Shown here: piece after piece, positions 29,880 through 39,768 of the stretch
How the letters are laid out: each line of letters opens with the position of its first letter
Numbering within the stretch: position 1 is the stretch's first letter
Origin: a virus
Reading direction: 5' to 3' (one strand)
DNA: 64,000 nt
IMG/VR virus record: IMGVR_UViG_3300005673_000003
Location: 32,001 to 96,000 of that record
Notes under the pieces: model-generated
The model's input: only the letters and a program-made list of their open reading frames with translations
Told to the model about the DNA's origin: nothing
Database searches by the model: none
Position numbers and translations under genes: made by a program

Positions 29880-30434
29880 CTACTTAATTTTTGAAGTCAT
29901 CCCGATTTGATGGGCATAGGCAACCGCGATCGCGTCTGCCGCATCATCAGGTTGAGGGATTTCTGGCAGTCCATAAGTGACCATCACGGCATACTGGACA
30001 TCCTCCTTCTCAGCTCTACCATTGCCAGTCATGCCCTTCTTTACCTGGGACTGGTGCAGGTAGGCAGGAATTAACCCCTTCTGGCCCAGCGACATTTCGA
30101 CGATTCCCAGCGCTTTTAGAACCTTGGCAGCATTGTAATTATCACGGTCAAAAAACGGATGCTCTATGCAAACCGCATCCGGCTTGAAAGTATCGCAGAG
30201 CGTGTAAATATCATTCTGAATCTGCTCTAATCGCTGCCAGGGTGCGACTTTGCGCTTCTCTTTTTTCTTGCCATTGAGTACCGTTACAGTGGCGGGAACA
30301 GTGGCGGGAGTAGTGATCACGCCATACTCTAGGATTCGATTCCCTTGAATAATGCCAAAACCCATTGTTGCGTAGCCCACATCTAATCCCAGAATAATCC
30401 TATTGTCGCCCATATCCTTAAAGCTGTCCTTCAA
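29880..30434 (-). CDS. ruvC: Holliday junction resolvase RuvC
   Basis: ILGLDVG...IEHPFF...QVKKGMTGNGRAEKEDVQ...PDDAADAIAVA. Confidence 0.93.
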   Translation of the reverse strand: MKDSFKDMGDNRIILGLDVGYATMGFGIIQGNRILEYGVITTPATVPATVTVLNGKKKEKRKVAPWQRLEQIQNDIYTLCDTFKPDAVCIEHPFFDRDNYNAAKVLKALGIVEMSLGQKGLIPAYLHQSQVKKGMTGNGRAEKEDVQYAVMVTYGLPEIPQPDDAADAIAVAYAHQIGMTSKIK

Positions 30435-30518
30435 AGCTGTCCTTCGCTTTCTCGAACTGAAAAGGATTGTAGAAGTCTACAATCCCTATACCCCTCTTTT
30501 GAATTAATTGATTGATTT

Positions 30519-31628
30519 TTACTCAGCTTCTATTGGGATGCCTTGAAACTGCTCTCTGGGGTCTACGGCAACCCTAAAATCACTGAGATACAACTCATAC
30601 TTGGTTTCCGCGTGCAGGTTTGCCTTAACCCATAGCTCCAGAAAGCCTCGATTAAGGCTCCCTCTGCGCTCCTGGATAGCATCTTGCACCGCTTCAGGTA
30701 AAACCAGGGTAGGGATAAAGACCAGTGTATCGGGCTTCCAATCCTGGATGATAACGCCAATCGAGTGATCGCTGACGATGCTCACCCGAACTCTCACGTC
30801 GAACATCGTCCGATTTGCATCCAGCTCACTTAAATCCTTAAGGGTCAGCGCTTTCTTAAGCATACTCTCGAAAGCGAGTGACTCGCCGCAGGGAAGCTTT
30901 TTCACGAAGGCATACAGGGAGGATTCTGGATTCTGAAAATCAGGATGAGCCATAGCCGCATACTTTTGCTGGCGATAGCCGTACCAAAAGCGCGAGACTG
31001 TCATAAGAGCTGCTTTCAGCTTGACTACCTCTTCTTGCTGCTCGATTGGAGTGCTAGGGGCGCATGTACCTGCACCAGCAGCGTGATACTGGAAAGCAGC
31101 TCCATGCAATCTTAGGAGGGCAAGGCAAAGCGCGATCGCTGGATTATCCAGATGAAACCCATAGAAGCGTTGATGCTCGCCTGGGTTTTCTGGATCTGGA
31201 TGCTCAAGGATTGCCCAGGTTCCCTGCTTATCTGAATGAATATGCAAAGATAAATCCAATCCGAATAAGTTTTGCCGCTCCCACTCCAGAATCCTCATGC
31301 AGGCATCAAAATTCTGATGCAATTTAGGGATAGGGGAAATTGATTGATTCAGCCAATCTGCGGCCAGGGGAACAGCTACGCTTACTTCTTCTAGAAAACC
31401 GCTGCCAAGCATTCGCTGGATATCATCCGATTGCGGATCTAATAGCCAGCGGCAAACAGGTGCATCTCCAGAGCTGTTCACTCTGGCATACCATCTCCAG
31501 CCAAAGATATCGCGACAAACTAATGCATCTAGCTCTCTGGGGGATTGAATGATTTGAGGTATTTTTTCCATGACTTGAATTTTGCAAAATTGATTGATTA
31601 TTGACTTCAGGGTTTTAGATCGATGCAC
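30519..31628 (-). CDS. Phage ABA-sandwich-like domain protein (start probably near 31571)
   Basis: ELDALVCRDIFGW...IPKL...PAIALCLALL. Confidence 0.55.
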   Translation of the reverse strand: MHRSKTLKSIINQFCKIQVMEKIPQIIQSPRELDALVCRDIFGWRWYARVNSSGDAPVCRWLLDPQSDDIQRMLGSGFLEEVSVAVPLAADWLNQSISPIPKLHQNFDACMRILEWERQNLFGLDLSLHIHSDKQGTWAILEHPDPENPGEHQRFYGFHLDNPAIALCLALLRLHGAAFQYHAAGAGTCAPSTPIEQQEEVVKLKAALMTVSRFWYGYRQQKYAAMAHPDFQNPESSLYAFVKKLPCGESLAFESMLKKALTLKDLSELDANRTMFDVRVRVSIVSDHSIGVIIQDWKPDTLVFIPTLVLPEAVQDAIQERRGSLNRGFLELWVKANLHAETKYELYLSDFRVAVDPREQFQGIPIEAE

Positions 31629-31630
31629 TC

Positions 31631-31927
31631 TTAAGGGGTCAGGATGAAGCTGAGTTCTTTATCTGAGACTGGTTGCCCATACTGAGCCGCAATATCTCGA
31701 AGCTTGATGATTGAGTAAATCATAACCGCTCTATCTACCGGACTCTGACTCCCACTAGCCAGCACTGTAGCCAGAGTAGCCATCCCATTTCGGCAGGCAG
31801 CACCATCAAAATTGAGTCGTTCCATCCGCGCCCCTACTTCCAATAGGAGCGCAGTGTTAGCTAATTCCTGAGAGTAATCGAATTCTTGAGCGGCTTGCAT
31901 AATTCGGATTCCTTTGTTGACAATCAA
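31631..31927 (-). CDS. Hypothetical protein
   Basis: ORF after the motif with AAAGGA RBS. Confidence 0.6.
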   Translation of the reverse strand: MIVNKGIRIMQAAQEFDYSQELANTALLLEVGARMERLNFDGAACRNGMATLATVLASGSQSPVDRAVMIYSIIKLRDIAAQYGQPVSDKELSFILTP

Positions 31928-31981
31928 TTGATTTTAAGGCAGCTATTTAATCAGAGTAGCTGCCAGGTTAATTAGCGGGAA

Positions 31982-33356
31982 GTGAAGTACCCGACGCTCA
32001 TTGCTACGCAATAGAGCGCGGGCTTCTTTGTTCATCGGGACTTGCCTCGGAGAGGGTAGACTTGCGCCTGCCTCCCTTTGGTCTTACAGTCCCTCCCAAA
32101 GCAGAAGCCCCACTTCCTGAGGCCAAAATCCGCAAGCCTTCATTTCTGATATTGATCGCCGCATTGATGTCCCTATCATGCCGTTCTTGGCAGTGAGGAC
32201 AGACAAACGATCGGACTGAGAGATCCATTTTCTCTAGCGTCAACAGTGTGTTTGAGCACAGATGGGAAGACGGGAAGAATCGCCCAATCTCCAGATACAC
32301 CTTGCCTTCAAACTCCGCCTTGTATTTGAGCATGGTACAGAACTGTCCCCAACCGACATCGCTTATTGCCCTGGCTAGGTTGTGGTTCTTGACCATGTTC
32401 TTAACCGCTAGATCTTCCACCACAATTACTTGGTTTTCGTTGACTATCTTGCGGGATAGCTTGTGATGAAAGTCTTCTCTTACTCGTGCAATCTTGCTAT
32501 GCACTTTGGCAACTTTTAACCGCGCCTTGTTGCGATTCTTGCTGCCTTTTTCCCGTCTAGACAGCTTACGCTGCTTCCGTTTTAGGTTGCGTTCATGCTT
32601 TTTGAGGTGGCGAGGGTTTGCGAACTTTGAGCCGTCAGAAGTAATAGCAAAGTCTGTCAATCCCAAATCGATCCCAATTGCCTTTCCCTCGCTGGAAGAT
32701 TCAGGCTTTTCTATGCCGTCATCGACCAGTAGAGAAGCGAAGTATTTCCCGTCTGGGTTCCTGGACACCGTGACAGTTTTTATAGTCCCCTCAATAGGTC
32801 TGTGAATCTTGGCTGTAACTGTTCCCAGCAAACCAGGAAACTTGATTGCAGACTCAGAAATTACTTTGACGTTTTGAGGAAACTGAACCGACTGTCTATA
32901 GTGTTTCGATTTGAAGTTGGGATACTTTGCTCTGCCCTCAAAGAAGTTTTGGAACGCTTGAGATAGATTCAAAACTGATTGCTGCAAGCATTGAGAATAA
33001 CACTCTTTCAGCCATTCATGCTCCGCTTTCAGGATGGGAATCTGTTTCTTCATATTGAAAGCAGAGATTCCCTTGCCTGTCGTCTTGTACGTTTCCGTCA
33101 TGACAGACAAGCAATGATTCCACAGCCATCGAGTACAACCAAAATGCTTGGCTAGCGTGATGGACTGCTCATCGGTGGGATAAATTCTGACCTTGACTGC
33201 TTTCAACATGTCTCTATATTAGCATAAACCCAGCATTGCGATAAAGGCTTATCTGTCACGATTCCTAGATAGTTTGTTCCTTCGCTTCGCTCAGTCACGC
33301 GGCTCTCATCCCGACGCTGACCGTTCCGGTACAGCGCGGGGCTTCCCGCCTAGTAG
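31982..33356 (-). mobile_element. Non-autonomous IS200/IS605-family element (tnpB only)
   Basis: Left-end hairpin GAAGCCCCGCGCTGTACC...CAGCGTCGGG follows TTAG. Right-end hairpin GAAGCCCGCGCTCTATTGCGTAGCAATGAGCGTCGGG ends in TTCAC. No tnpA. Confidence 0.85.
32004..33209 (-). CDS. tnpB: RNA-guided endonuclease TnpB
   Basis: HTH (KVRIYPT), RuvC-I IGIDLG, RuvC-II VEDL, RuvC-III HDRDINAAINI. Confidence 0.96.
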   Translation of the reverse strand: MLKAVKVRIYPTDEQSITLAKHFGCTRWLWNHCLSVMTETYKTTGKGISAFNMKKQIPILKAEHEWLKECYSQCLQQSVLNLSQAFQNFFEGRAKYPNFKSKHYRQSVQFPQNVKVISESAIKFPGLLGTVTAKIHRPIEGTIKTVTVSRNPDGKYFASLLVDDGIEKPESSSEGKAIGIDLGLTDFAITSDGSKFANPRHLKKHERNLKRKQRKLSRREKGSKNRNKARLKVAKVHSKIARVREDFHHKLSRKIVNENQVIVVEDLAVKNMVKNHNLARAISDVGWGQFCTMLKYKAEFEGKVYLEIGRFFPSSHLCSNTLLTLEKMDLSVRSFVCPHCQERHDRDINAAINIRNEGLRILASGSGASALGGTVRPKGGRRKSTLSEASPDEQRSPRSIA

Positions 33357-33755
33357 CTAACGAGATTGAGCAGGGTAACTAGAGGAGGTTATGGGAGCTT
33401 CAGAAGATTGCGACTTAGCGGGAGGCGGGAACAGCAGCAAGAAAATAATGATTGCCGCCAGTCCGCCGCTGAAAACTTTCGACCAAAAGAAGTGAGAATC
33501 AAAAGCTCGATTGAGATTGATAATTTGAATTTGCAAGTCGTTTGCCCGAGCTTGCAGCTCATCATTTTTCATTTTTTGAGCTTCCAGAAACTTCCGAAAA
33601 TCAACGGCTGGCACAAATAAACTTGAGTTATTCGGAGGAGTCCGAGGGGGGTTAGCAGGGTTAGCAGACTGTTCGTAAGCTTGAGCGATCGCGTTTTTAG
33701 TTGCGTCCATTTGAATTACTTCCTTAATACTTTTTTGGTTTTCTACCTGAATCAA
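33357..33755 (-). CDS. Coiled-coil plus TM hypothetical protein
   Basis: C-terminal TM; stop abuts the IS left end. Confidence 0.65.
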   Translation of the reverse strand: MIQVENQKSIKEVIQMDATKNAIAQAYEQSANPANPPRTPPNNSSLFVPAVDFRKFLEAQKMKNDELQARANDLQIQIINLNRAFDSHFFWSKVFSGGLAAIIIFLLLFPPPAKSQSSEAPITSSSYPAQSR

Positions 33756-33763
33756 TCCGTCGC

Positions 33764-34057
33764 TTAATCCAATCCGAGAGCAATACTGGGAACGCGAACA
33801 CCCTTTTGTTCAGCCAGGGATTGACAAGCTCTTGCACCGAAATAGCATTGCATTGAGCCGAAAACATCCTGACCGCCATCCTTGAATACTTCAGCAAAAG
33901 TCATTGCCATCATTGCGTAGGCTCTGCCGCTCAAATTCAAGGCTGCTAAAGTCGCCTTAAATTGCTCTAATTCCTCTGCGCGGGTCTGCAAAACCTCATT
34001 GACTTCGTTCTGGGTAATAGTGTTAGCGATCGCTTGCTCTTGCCGTCCGATAGCCAT
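33764..34057 (-). CDS. Hypothetical early protein
   Basis: Downstream of a conserved TTGACA promoter; AAGGAAGG RBS. Confidence 0.7.
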   Translation of the reverse strand: MAIGRQEQAIANTITQNEVNEVLQTRAEELEQFKATLAALNLSGRAYAMMAMTFAEVFKDGGQDVFGSMQCYFGARACQSLAEQKGVRVPSIALGLD

Positions 34058-34123
34058 ATTGATTGCCTTCCTTTATCGATTGATTACTACTTGAAAAAAG
34101 GAGCCGAATTGCTCGACTCCTTA

Positions 34124-34168
34124 ACTGTAAGCGCTATTCAAGAAAATGTCAACATCTATCAATCTTTT
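34124..34168 (-). promoter_or_regulatory. Conserved sigma70 promoter, copy 1
   Basis: AAAAGATTGATAGATG-TTGACA-17 bp-TACAGT. Confidence 0.8.
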
Positions 34169-34183
34169 GCTGATTAAGTGCCT

Positions 34184-34357
34184 CTATTGAGCTTCTGGCG
34201 GTTGCTCCGGCGGTTGCTCTGATTCTGATTTTTGAGCATTTTGGGAATATCCCAGTAGTTGCCGCTGCTGTTCCATGAGCTGCCTTGCTGCCGTCTGGTC
34301 TTGAGCGGAGCTATTAAAGCGGATAGAAACGGTTCTGCCTCTACGAGATACTTTCAT
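34184..34357 (-). CDS. Small protein (57 aa, MKVSRRGRTVSIRFNSS...)
   Basis: Read by hand; begins at the ATGA next to the IsrB element end. Confidence 0.6.
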   Translation of the reverse strand: MKVSRRGRTVSIRFNSSAQDQTAARQLMEQQRQLLGYSQNAQKSESEQPPEQPPEAQ

Positions 34358-35803
34358 CAAAAATTCTCCGGGACACCCCCATCCTCGCGCAGCAGGTGGG
34401 GGAGGGATAGGAGCGTCATTAAGCGGGGTTCGATGCCCCGTTTAATGACAAGTATTGTGGGCGAGTGACCAGTAACCCCGTTGCGCGGTGGAGTAACTGC
34501 ACTTTAGAAGCCGTAAACTGCCCGATACGCTTCCAATTGAAATCAGACACAGAGACTTGCCGTTCTGTATCTCCACTCACCCACCCGACACTAACCCTGC
34601 CTGCCATTTCCGCTCGTACTAAATCACCCTTCCTGAATCCATGTCGGGTGGTGGTGCCGCCATATTTGCGGCGGACTCCACCCTTTGCCGGAACCATCAG
34701 GTGCAATTGTCTGCGGGAAATGGGCGGGCGGCGAATCACCACAAAGGGGGCGGTTGTGACTCGCACGTCGCCAACCCAATGATGACCACGGGTATTGGCA
34801 GTGTGAAATGATGTATAGCGAACAAACTGACTACAAGCCAGGGCAATCCCGTCAACAGCATGAGTTTCAGGCTTGGCATCACCCTTGCTAGTTTTTTGCT
34901 TTTCCAGATTCAGGTGATTTCTGAGACTGGCAGTTTCCCACCCGTAGAGAGTGGAGGCTGGAGCCAAAGTTGCTAATTGCTCTAGCATCCATTTTTGCCC
35001 CACCATGACCGCACTGAATCCTTTCCCGGAACGGGCGGCTTTGCGGCCAGATGTGAGGTCTACATCGGCCTTAACGTACTCAAAAACAATTTGGCTAATC
35101 GGGAAAACACGACACAATTCTTGTACCGTGCGATATTCCAATTGTCGATTGCTTTTGATGCTGGGCGGGACACCCTTCTGCCGACGATTACTAAATCGCT
35201 TTTGCCGATGAGCGCGTTGATTAAAGGGAAGTTTGCGGTTAATCCGCCTGCCTCTACGTCCACGTCGCATCAGTTTTTGATTGGCTTTGTGTTCCTTTAC
35301 TGTGTCAAATGGCAACAGCAGATGTGCCATGAACAGAGTCGCTTTGGCTGATTGCACAGCAATCCCGCTGTAATGCTTGCCTGGGTCAATGCCAACCACA
35401 ATGGGCTGAGTTTCCTTACCAGAAGGTTCGGCAATCAATTGGACGCAATAGATACCTATGTCATTAAAAAACTCCTTGGCTTTGCCTGTTTTGACCCAAC
35501 GTTTTGCTCTGCTTGCCTTCGTTGGCATCAGGACTTGTCCATCGGGTGCTAGTACGGGAACTCGAACTTGTTGGTTTTCCATGAGAGAGATAATCCCTTA
35601 CGGTTGTTTGCCCCTTTGACCACGCAAATCACAAATGTCTTGCCCTTACGCCCGACTGAGTAAACAGTCTTACAACTAGCCCGGATTCGGGGGGTGTCCG
35701 GTAGTGTATGTCGTGATTGCGCTCTTTGGCCTATTCAACGCTTACGGTGTGGGTCTTACTCCCCTCACTCCCCCACCTCGCCTAAGCAGGTGGGGTTGTT
35801 GAA
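34358..35803 (-). mobile_element. IS200/IS605-family OMEGA element carrying IsrB and omegaRNA
   Basis: Begins TTCAACAACCCCACCT...AGGTGGGG. Ends CCCCACCTGCTGCGCGAGGATGGGG...GGAGAATTTTG, followed by ATGA. Confidence 0.85.
34419..35582 (-). CDS. isrB: IsrB (IscB-family RRXRR protein lacking HNH; RNA-guided nickase)
   Basis: PLMP-like VLMPT, RuvC-I GIDPG, bridge helix RRGRR, RuvC-II E (VFEYV), RuvC-III HAVDG; no CxxC/HNH insert. Confidence 0.88.
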   Translation of the reverse strand: MENQQVRVPVLAPDGQVLMPTKASRAKRWVKTGKAKEFFNDIGIYCVQLIAEPSGKETQPIVVGIDPGKHYSGIAVQSAKATLFMAHLLLPFDTVKEHKANQKLMRRGRRGRRINRKLPFNQRAHRQKRFSNRRQKGVPPSIKSNRQLEYRTVQELCRVFPISQIVFEYVKADVDLTSGRKAARSGKGFSAVMVGQKWMLEQLATLAPASTLYGWETASLRNHLNLEKQKTSKGDAKPETHAVDGIALACSQFVRYTSFHTANTRGHHWVGDVRVTTAPFVVIRRPPISRRQLHLMVPAKGGVRRKYGGTTTRHGFRKGDLVRAEMAGRVSVGWVSGDTERQVSVSDFNWKRIGQFTASKVQLLHRATGLLVTRPQYLSLNGASNPA

Positions 35804-35825
35804 ACTTTTCTCCTGTTACGATTAC
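35590..35825 (-). ncRNA. Putative omegaRNA (5' guide from flank plus scaffold)
   Basis: About 220 nt of structured noncoding sequence between the element end and the isrB start, the canonical omegaRNA position. Boundaries are approximate. Confidence 0.75.
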
Positions 35826-36357
35826 GATTGCGTTTACCGCCCTCCGTAGCCCGATTGTTCATCCAGCGAATGAATTGCTGAGGATTTCCGTAGGTCAGCC
35901 GATTGCGGCCATTTCCAGCCAGCCTCCAACCGCCTTTGGTGGGATACAGATCAACTCGAAGACCTTTGTAATTGATGATGAGGTGCGCTCCGTTATTTTT
36001 GGAGACGTAGCCGATACTAGCGGCTTTCAAAGCGTTTACGAATACCTCATTCCTGGATTCCCTATTGAGCTTCACATCGGCATCATGGGCACGCCAGTAC
36101 TCCGAGCTACCAGGCTCCAGAAGCTCTATTGGGGGAGAAGTATTGGGGAATAAAATTTCGTTGACCGAAATCTCATCCTTCATGCTCTGGTAGGCTTCTA
36201 GCGCTTTATCCTTATTGGTGTAAGCCAGCTCATCGAGCGGTAGAGTATGCCCTGGAATGTGAATAGTGATGAGCCAGAACCCATCCTCCGGTTGGAGCAA
36301 GATCACCCGATAGCGGCCTGCAGCACGCTCCCTGACTGGCTGAATTGCAACTACCAT
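35782..36357 (-). CDS. Hypothetical protein; last 6 residues supplied by the IsrB element
   Basis: GGAG RBS; ends KV-STTPPA* inside the IS end. Confidence 0.7.
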   Translation of the reverse strand: MVVAIQPVRERAAGRYRVILLQPEDGFWLITIHIPGHTLPLDELAYTNKDKALEAYQSMKDEISVNEILFPNTSPPIELLEPGSSEYWRAHDADVKLNRESRNEVFVNALKAASIGYVSKNNGAHLIINYKGLRVDLYPTKGGWRLAGNGRNRLTYGNPQQFIRWMNNRATEGGKRNRNRNRRKVSTTPPA

Positions 36358-36440
36358 GCTCCCTCTCCGAATACCTTTAATTTCACGATGTACCTACCTT
36401 CGATAATCGATTGATTTTTGCTTTGCCTCTGATTCAATCC

Positions 36441-39400
36441 CTAGTAGTTCACTACATACCCTGACGGCTTTTTATCAATCACGACGATTTTGGTTTTCAC
36501 CCCAGTCCGCCGCTCACTGGAGTTAAACGCTCCATCCTCCACTTCGTAAATAGCCGCGCATCTGCGACTACCCAAATACTCCAGCCATTCTCTAAACTGA
36601 GTTGGTTTAGCCTCCTTTCTGTACGTGAAGTTATTGCACATAATGGCAACCAATCGGCCATCCCATCGCAACATCTCTGTTGCCGCTAGGATGTGATCAA
36701 TATCTCCGAACTCGCCATACTCTTTGCCCCAAGGAGGATTCATGACGATCCGATCGTACTGGCATCGGAAATTTGGATCCTTAGCAGCGGCCAGGGCATC
36801 GTCATGAACCGGATCATAGCCCTTGAATTTAAGGATCTCTCTTAAGCTGGGAGCAATCTCGATGACATCGGGCCATACCCCTGCAAATTTATGAATAGCA
36901 TCTGCGATATGGCCGCTGCCAGCTTCCGGCTCTAGCACCCGATGTCCGGGCTGTATTTGAGCTAGCTTGATAATATATTCAGCCAATTTATCAGGAGTGG
37001 GGAAGTAGCCAGCAGGAGGGCGGCTGATTAATCCATTTTTAAGCTCCCGGATCCGGCGATCGGCTATCTCCTGCTCCGACTCGGATTCGATTAAAGGCTT
37101 GAATAAATTGATTAATTTTTCAAGCTCTTGCATGGAGTTAACCTTGAGCTGCTTGAGGATATTGCGAGACTCGTCATGGCTCGACCAGTGGCGATCGTGA
37201 ATGTTAAAGATGCCAGCATAGTAGCCTTTGTAGTCGCTCCGATGAAATCTATCGACCTGCTTAATCAGCCATTCAACCTGCTTCTTCGTCGAGATATTGA
37301 ACAGCGCCATGTCGGGGACCGTATCGGTTTCATGCATATCTGCCAGTCTATTTAGAGCGGATTGCACTTTCTTCATCGCCCATCCGTCAGCGGCAACAGA
37401 TGCGGCCATTCGAGCTTTTCGGTGAGTATTGGTAGATCTAGGAGCCAGCTTCTGCCGAATGGTATATTCCATGCTTGCGGCTATATCCCGAAACTTGGCT
37501 GCACGCTCCTCGCTAATCCGGCTCAGATTGCCCTGCTTCACAGAAGCGGGTTTCTGCTTCAACGCTTCTATCTGCTCTTTTAATTGATTGATTTCTGATT
37601 CAGCTTCACCAGCATCAACCGAGATATTGACGGTAACGGATTCACCAGCGCTCATCGTTTTAGGTGCGGGAGCAGGCTTAGAAGAGGGCTGATTATCCTT
37701 CCAGGCATCTGCAACCGATTCATGGAAATATCTGAACGCTGCACCCCGAACATTTAGCACGCCAGCCTCCCCATCGGCGTAGAGCATTTCTGGGTTATCA
37801 GAAAACTCATTCACATCAATTTCTTGAAACAGATCTGGCCGCGCTTTGAAAACATCTCTCAACCATTCGGGCTGAATCTCATCAACCCATTCGGCAGGCA
37901 GATTGTAAGGGGTTGCGGGAGGAACTGAGCCATAGCCAAAAATATCCTCATATCTGCACTCCTGGTAGCCGTTGGCAATATTGGATCTTTTTGCGTTAGA
38001 TGCAAATTTAAGAACTTCCTCGGTACTTTCAAAGTGCTGGGAGCTTTTAGTTCCGGTAGTTCCAATCTGACCCCAATGATAAAAAGCTACTCGACGATAC
38101 TCGTCAAGCTTAAAGCCGCAGAATTCACCGGATGAATTTTTGTAGTATTTCCAATCGACAGGATGAGCGGTGGATGCTGGGGAGTTCTCAGGCTCCCCGA
38201 ACAACTTTTTTGCGGGAACCTCCACGTAGCCTTTAGATAGCTTTTCTCGCGCCTTCTCAATAGCGTAGGCAGTGGCTATGTTGATACCGCCCATTGCCTT
38301 AACTTGCCGTTGCCCTGATGTCCCTACCCTGCCCCAATGCAGATGCAGCTCTCTTTCGCCAGCTTTGTAACCCCAGAACTTATGCGAATTCTCGGAAGGG
38401 TTTTCATACTCAAAATAACGCCAGCCAGCTACATCCTCCGCACCGGAAGGCTTGCCGGGATTATGAGCAGGCTTTGCAACCTCGAAAACCGATACAGTCA
38501 TCGATAGCAATTCTTCTCTAGGGAGCCGCGATAAATCCATCGCAAACCCTTCAGTGCCGGGATTATGGGAAGCCTGCCAGGTAGCGACGATTAATTCATC
38601 AATTCCCCGTCTTCCGCTTGTATTGGAGCGATAGGGAGCGAATCCGCACTCAGCCAGCAGTAGATTTAAGTCAGACTTGGGTTTAAGGTTAACGAAATCA
38701 ATCTCGACTTTATCCCCTCTGATATGCGCTGCAACGCCTTCTTGTGGCTTGGGAGGCTCTACTACCTCGACGGGGGTTTCTGGAGCTTCTACCTGCTGTT
38801 TTAGGAGGATGGTAGAAAGATCTGGAATGGGCACAAATTGAGCGGGAGCTTCCTGCTCTTGGGTTTGGGGTGCTGCCGCTGCCTTGGGGCTAAAGAATTC
38901 TTGCTTCAGCAGATTAGCGAATTCGATCGCTGCCGGGGTTGCTTTGGTGTACCAGATATTTTGCCGTCTGGAATAGCTGAATCCGGCACTCTTGACCAGC
39001 TCCAAAATATCATCAGAAGGCTTGCTGGAGAATCGCAACTCGATCCCACCCTTAGCCTCGTTATGCGTGATCTCCATCTCGATTTCCCCAGGAGCGGGAG
39101 ATGCAGTTTGGACTTGAGGTTTATCAGCCTTGTAGAAGCTATGCTGAGCTAAGCATTCGCGAGGAAGCTCATTGGGATATTTCCGATGGCACTCCCAGTA
39201 TTGCCTATGGCCTTCCAGATTTCCAGACTCATAAGAGTAGGAGTAGGATACTTCCCCCTTCCATTCGTGGCGATGCTCTTTCAAGTAAACTTCCGCTTCA
39301 TCGTAGTATTTATAATTTGCCTGCTTAGCAAGCTCTAGACCCTTCTCGTAAGCCTGCTTGGAATAATTGCGATGACAGAATACATAATCAGCTCCCCAGC

Positions 39401-39653
39401 TTACCTCCTCACCCTTGTAATGGCTGGTGTGATAGGTTTTCAGATCTTGCTGCCCATCGAAGCTAGCACCCTGGAATGGGTCAACGATCGCCTCGACCTC
39501 TTTCGCGGTAGGCCCATCCTCCCAGGAGACATCGATACTGGAGCCGCCGCTATAGGACTTGGAGCGGACAGAGAACTTGCAGTCCGGGAACTTCTCTTTT
39601 AGCGCTTCTCGAATAAGTTTTGCTGTATCTGTAAGGCTGATAGAACGGGCCAT
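36441..39653 (-). CDS. Polyvalent protein: LPD29-like domain, two WGR domains, N6-adenine methyltransferase
   Basis: N-terminus FPDCKFSVRS..YSGGSSIDVSWEDGP; KFW...HWGRVGTSGQ...KLSKGY and HWGQIGTTG...NGY; YFPTP, VLEPEAGSG, IVMNPPW. Confidence 0.8.
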   Translation of the reverse strand: MARSISLTDTAKLIREALKEKFPDCKFSVRSKSYSGGSSIDVSWEDGPTAKEVEAIVDPFQGASFDGQQDLKTYHTSHYKGEEVSWGADYVFCHRNYSKQAYEKGLELAKQANYKYYDEAEVYLKEHRHEWKGEVSYSYSYESGNLEGHRQYWECHRKYPNELPRECLAQHSFYKADKPQVQTASPAPGEIEMEITHNEAKGGIELRFSSKPSDDILELVKSAGFSYSRRQNIWYTKATPAAIEFANLLKQEFFSPKAAAAPQTQEQEAPAQFVPIPDLSTILLKQQVEAPETPVEVVEPPKPQEGVAAHIRGDKVEIDFVNLKPKSDLNLLLAECGFAPYRSNTSGRRGIDELIVATWQASHNPGTEGFAMDLSRLPREELLSMTVSVFEVAKPAHNPGKPSGAEDVAGWRYFEYENPSENSHKFWGYKAGERELHLHWGRVGTSGQRQVKAMGGINIATAYAIEKAREKLSKGYVEVPAKKLFGEPENSPASTAHPVDWKYYKNSSGEFCGFKLDEYRRVAFYHWGQIGTTGTKSSQHFESTEEVLKFASNAKRSNIANGYQECRYEDIFGYGSVPPATPYNLPAEWVDEIQPEWLRDVFKARPDLFQEIDVNEFSDNPEMLYADGEAGVLNVRGAAFRYFHESVADAWKDNQPSSKPAPAPKTMSAGESVTVNISVDAGEAESEINQLKEQIEALKQKPASVKQGNLSRISEERAAKFRDIAASMEYTIRQKLAPRSTNTHRKARMAASVAADGWAMKKVQSALNRLADMHETDTVPDMALFNISTKKQVEWLIKQVDRFHRSDYKGYYAGIFNIHDRHWSSHDESRNILKQLKVNSMQELEKLINLFKPLIESESEQEIADRRIRELKNGLISRPPAGYFPTPDKLAEYIIKLAQIQPGHRVLEPEAGSGHIADAIHKFAGVWPDVIEIAPSLREILKFKGYDPVHDDALAAAKDPNFRCQYDRIVMNPPWGKEYGEFGDIDHILAATEMLRWDGRLVAIMCNNFTYRKEAKPTQFREWLEYLGSRRCAAIYEVEDGAFNSSERRTGVKTKIVVIDKKPSGYVVNY

Positions 39654-39698
39654 AGGAACTCTCTGACGTTAATTGATTGATTGCTACTTACATTTTTA

Positions 39699-39745
39699 AT
39701 TGTAATTAAAAAGATTGATAAATGTCAACATCTATCAATCTTTTT
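39699..39745 (-). promoter_or_regulatory. Conserved sigma70 promoter, copy 2, with an inverted repeat around -35
   Basis: TTGACA-18-TACAAT; AAAAAGATTGATA...TATCAATCTTTTT inverted repeat flanks the -35 box. Confidence 0.8.
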
Positions 39746-39768
39746 CTTTTATTTCTTTGTAAGGCTTG

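Noticed and set aside
30420-30445. 13-bp tandem duplication AAAGCTGTCCTTC before ruvC
   Set aside because: It is a single local duplication with no sign of function.
34419-35582. IscB or Cas9-like nuclease call
   Set aside because: There is no HNH or CxxC insert between RuvC-II and RuvC-III, and no CRISPR array. The protein fits IsrB.
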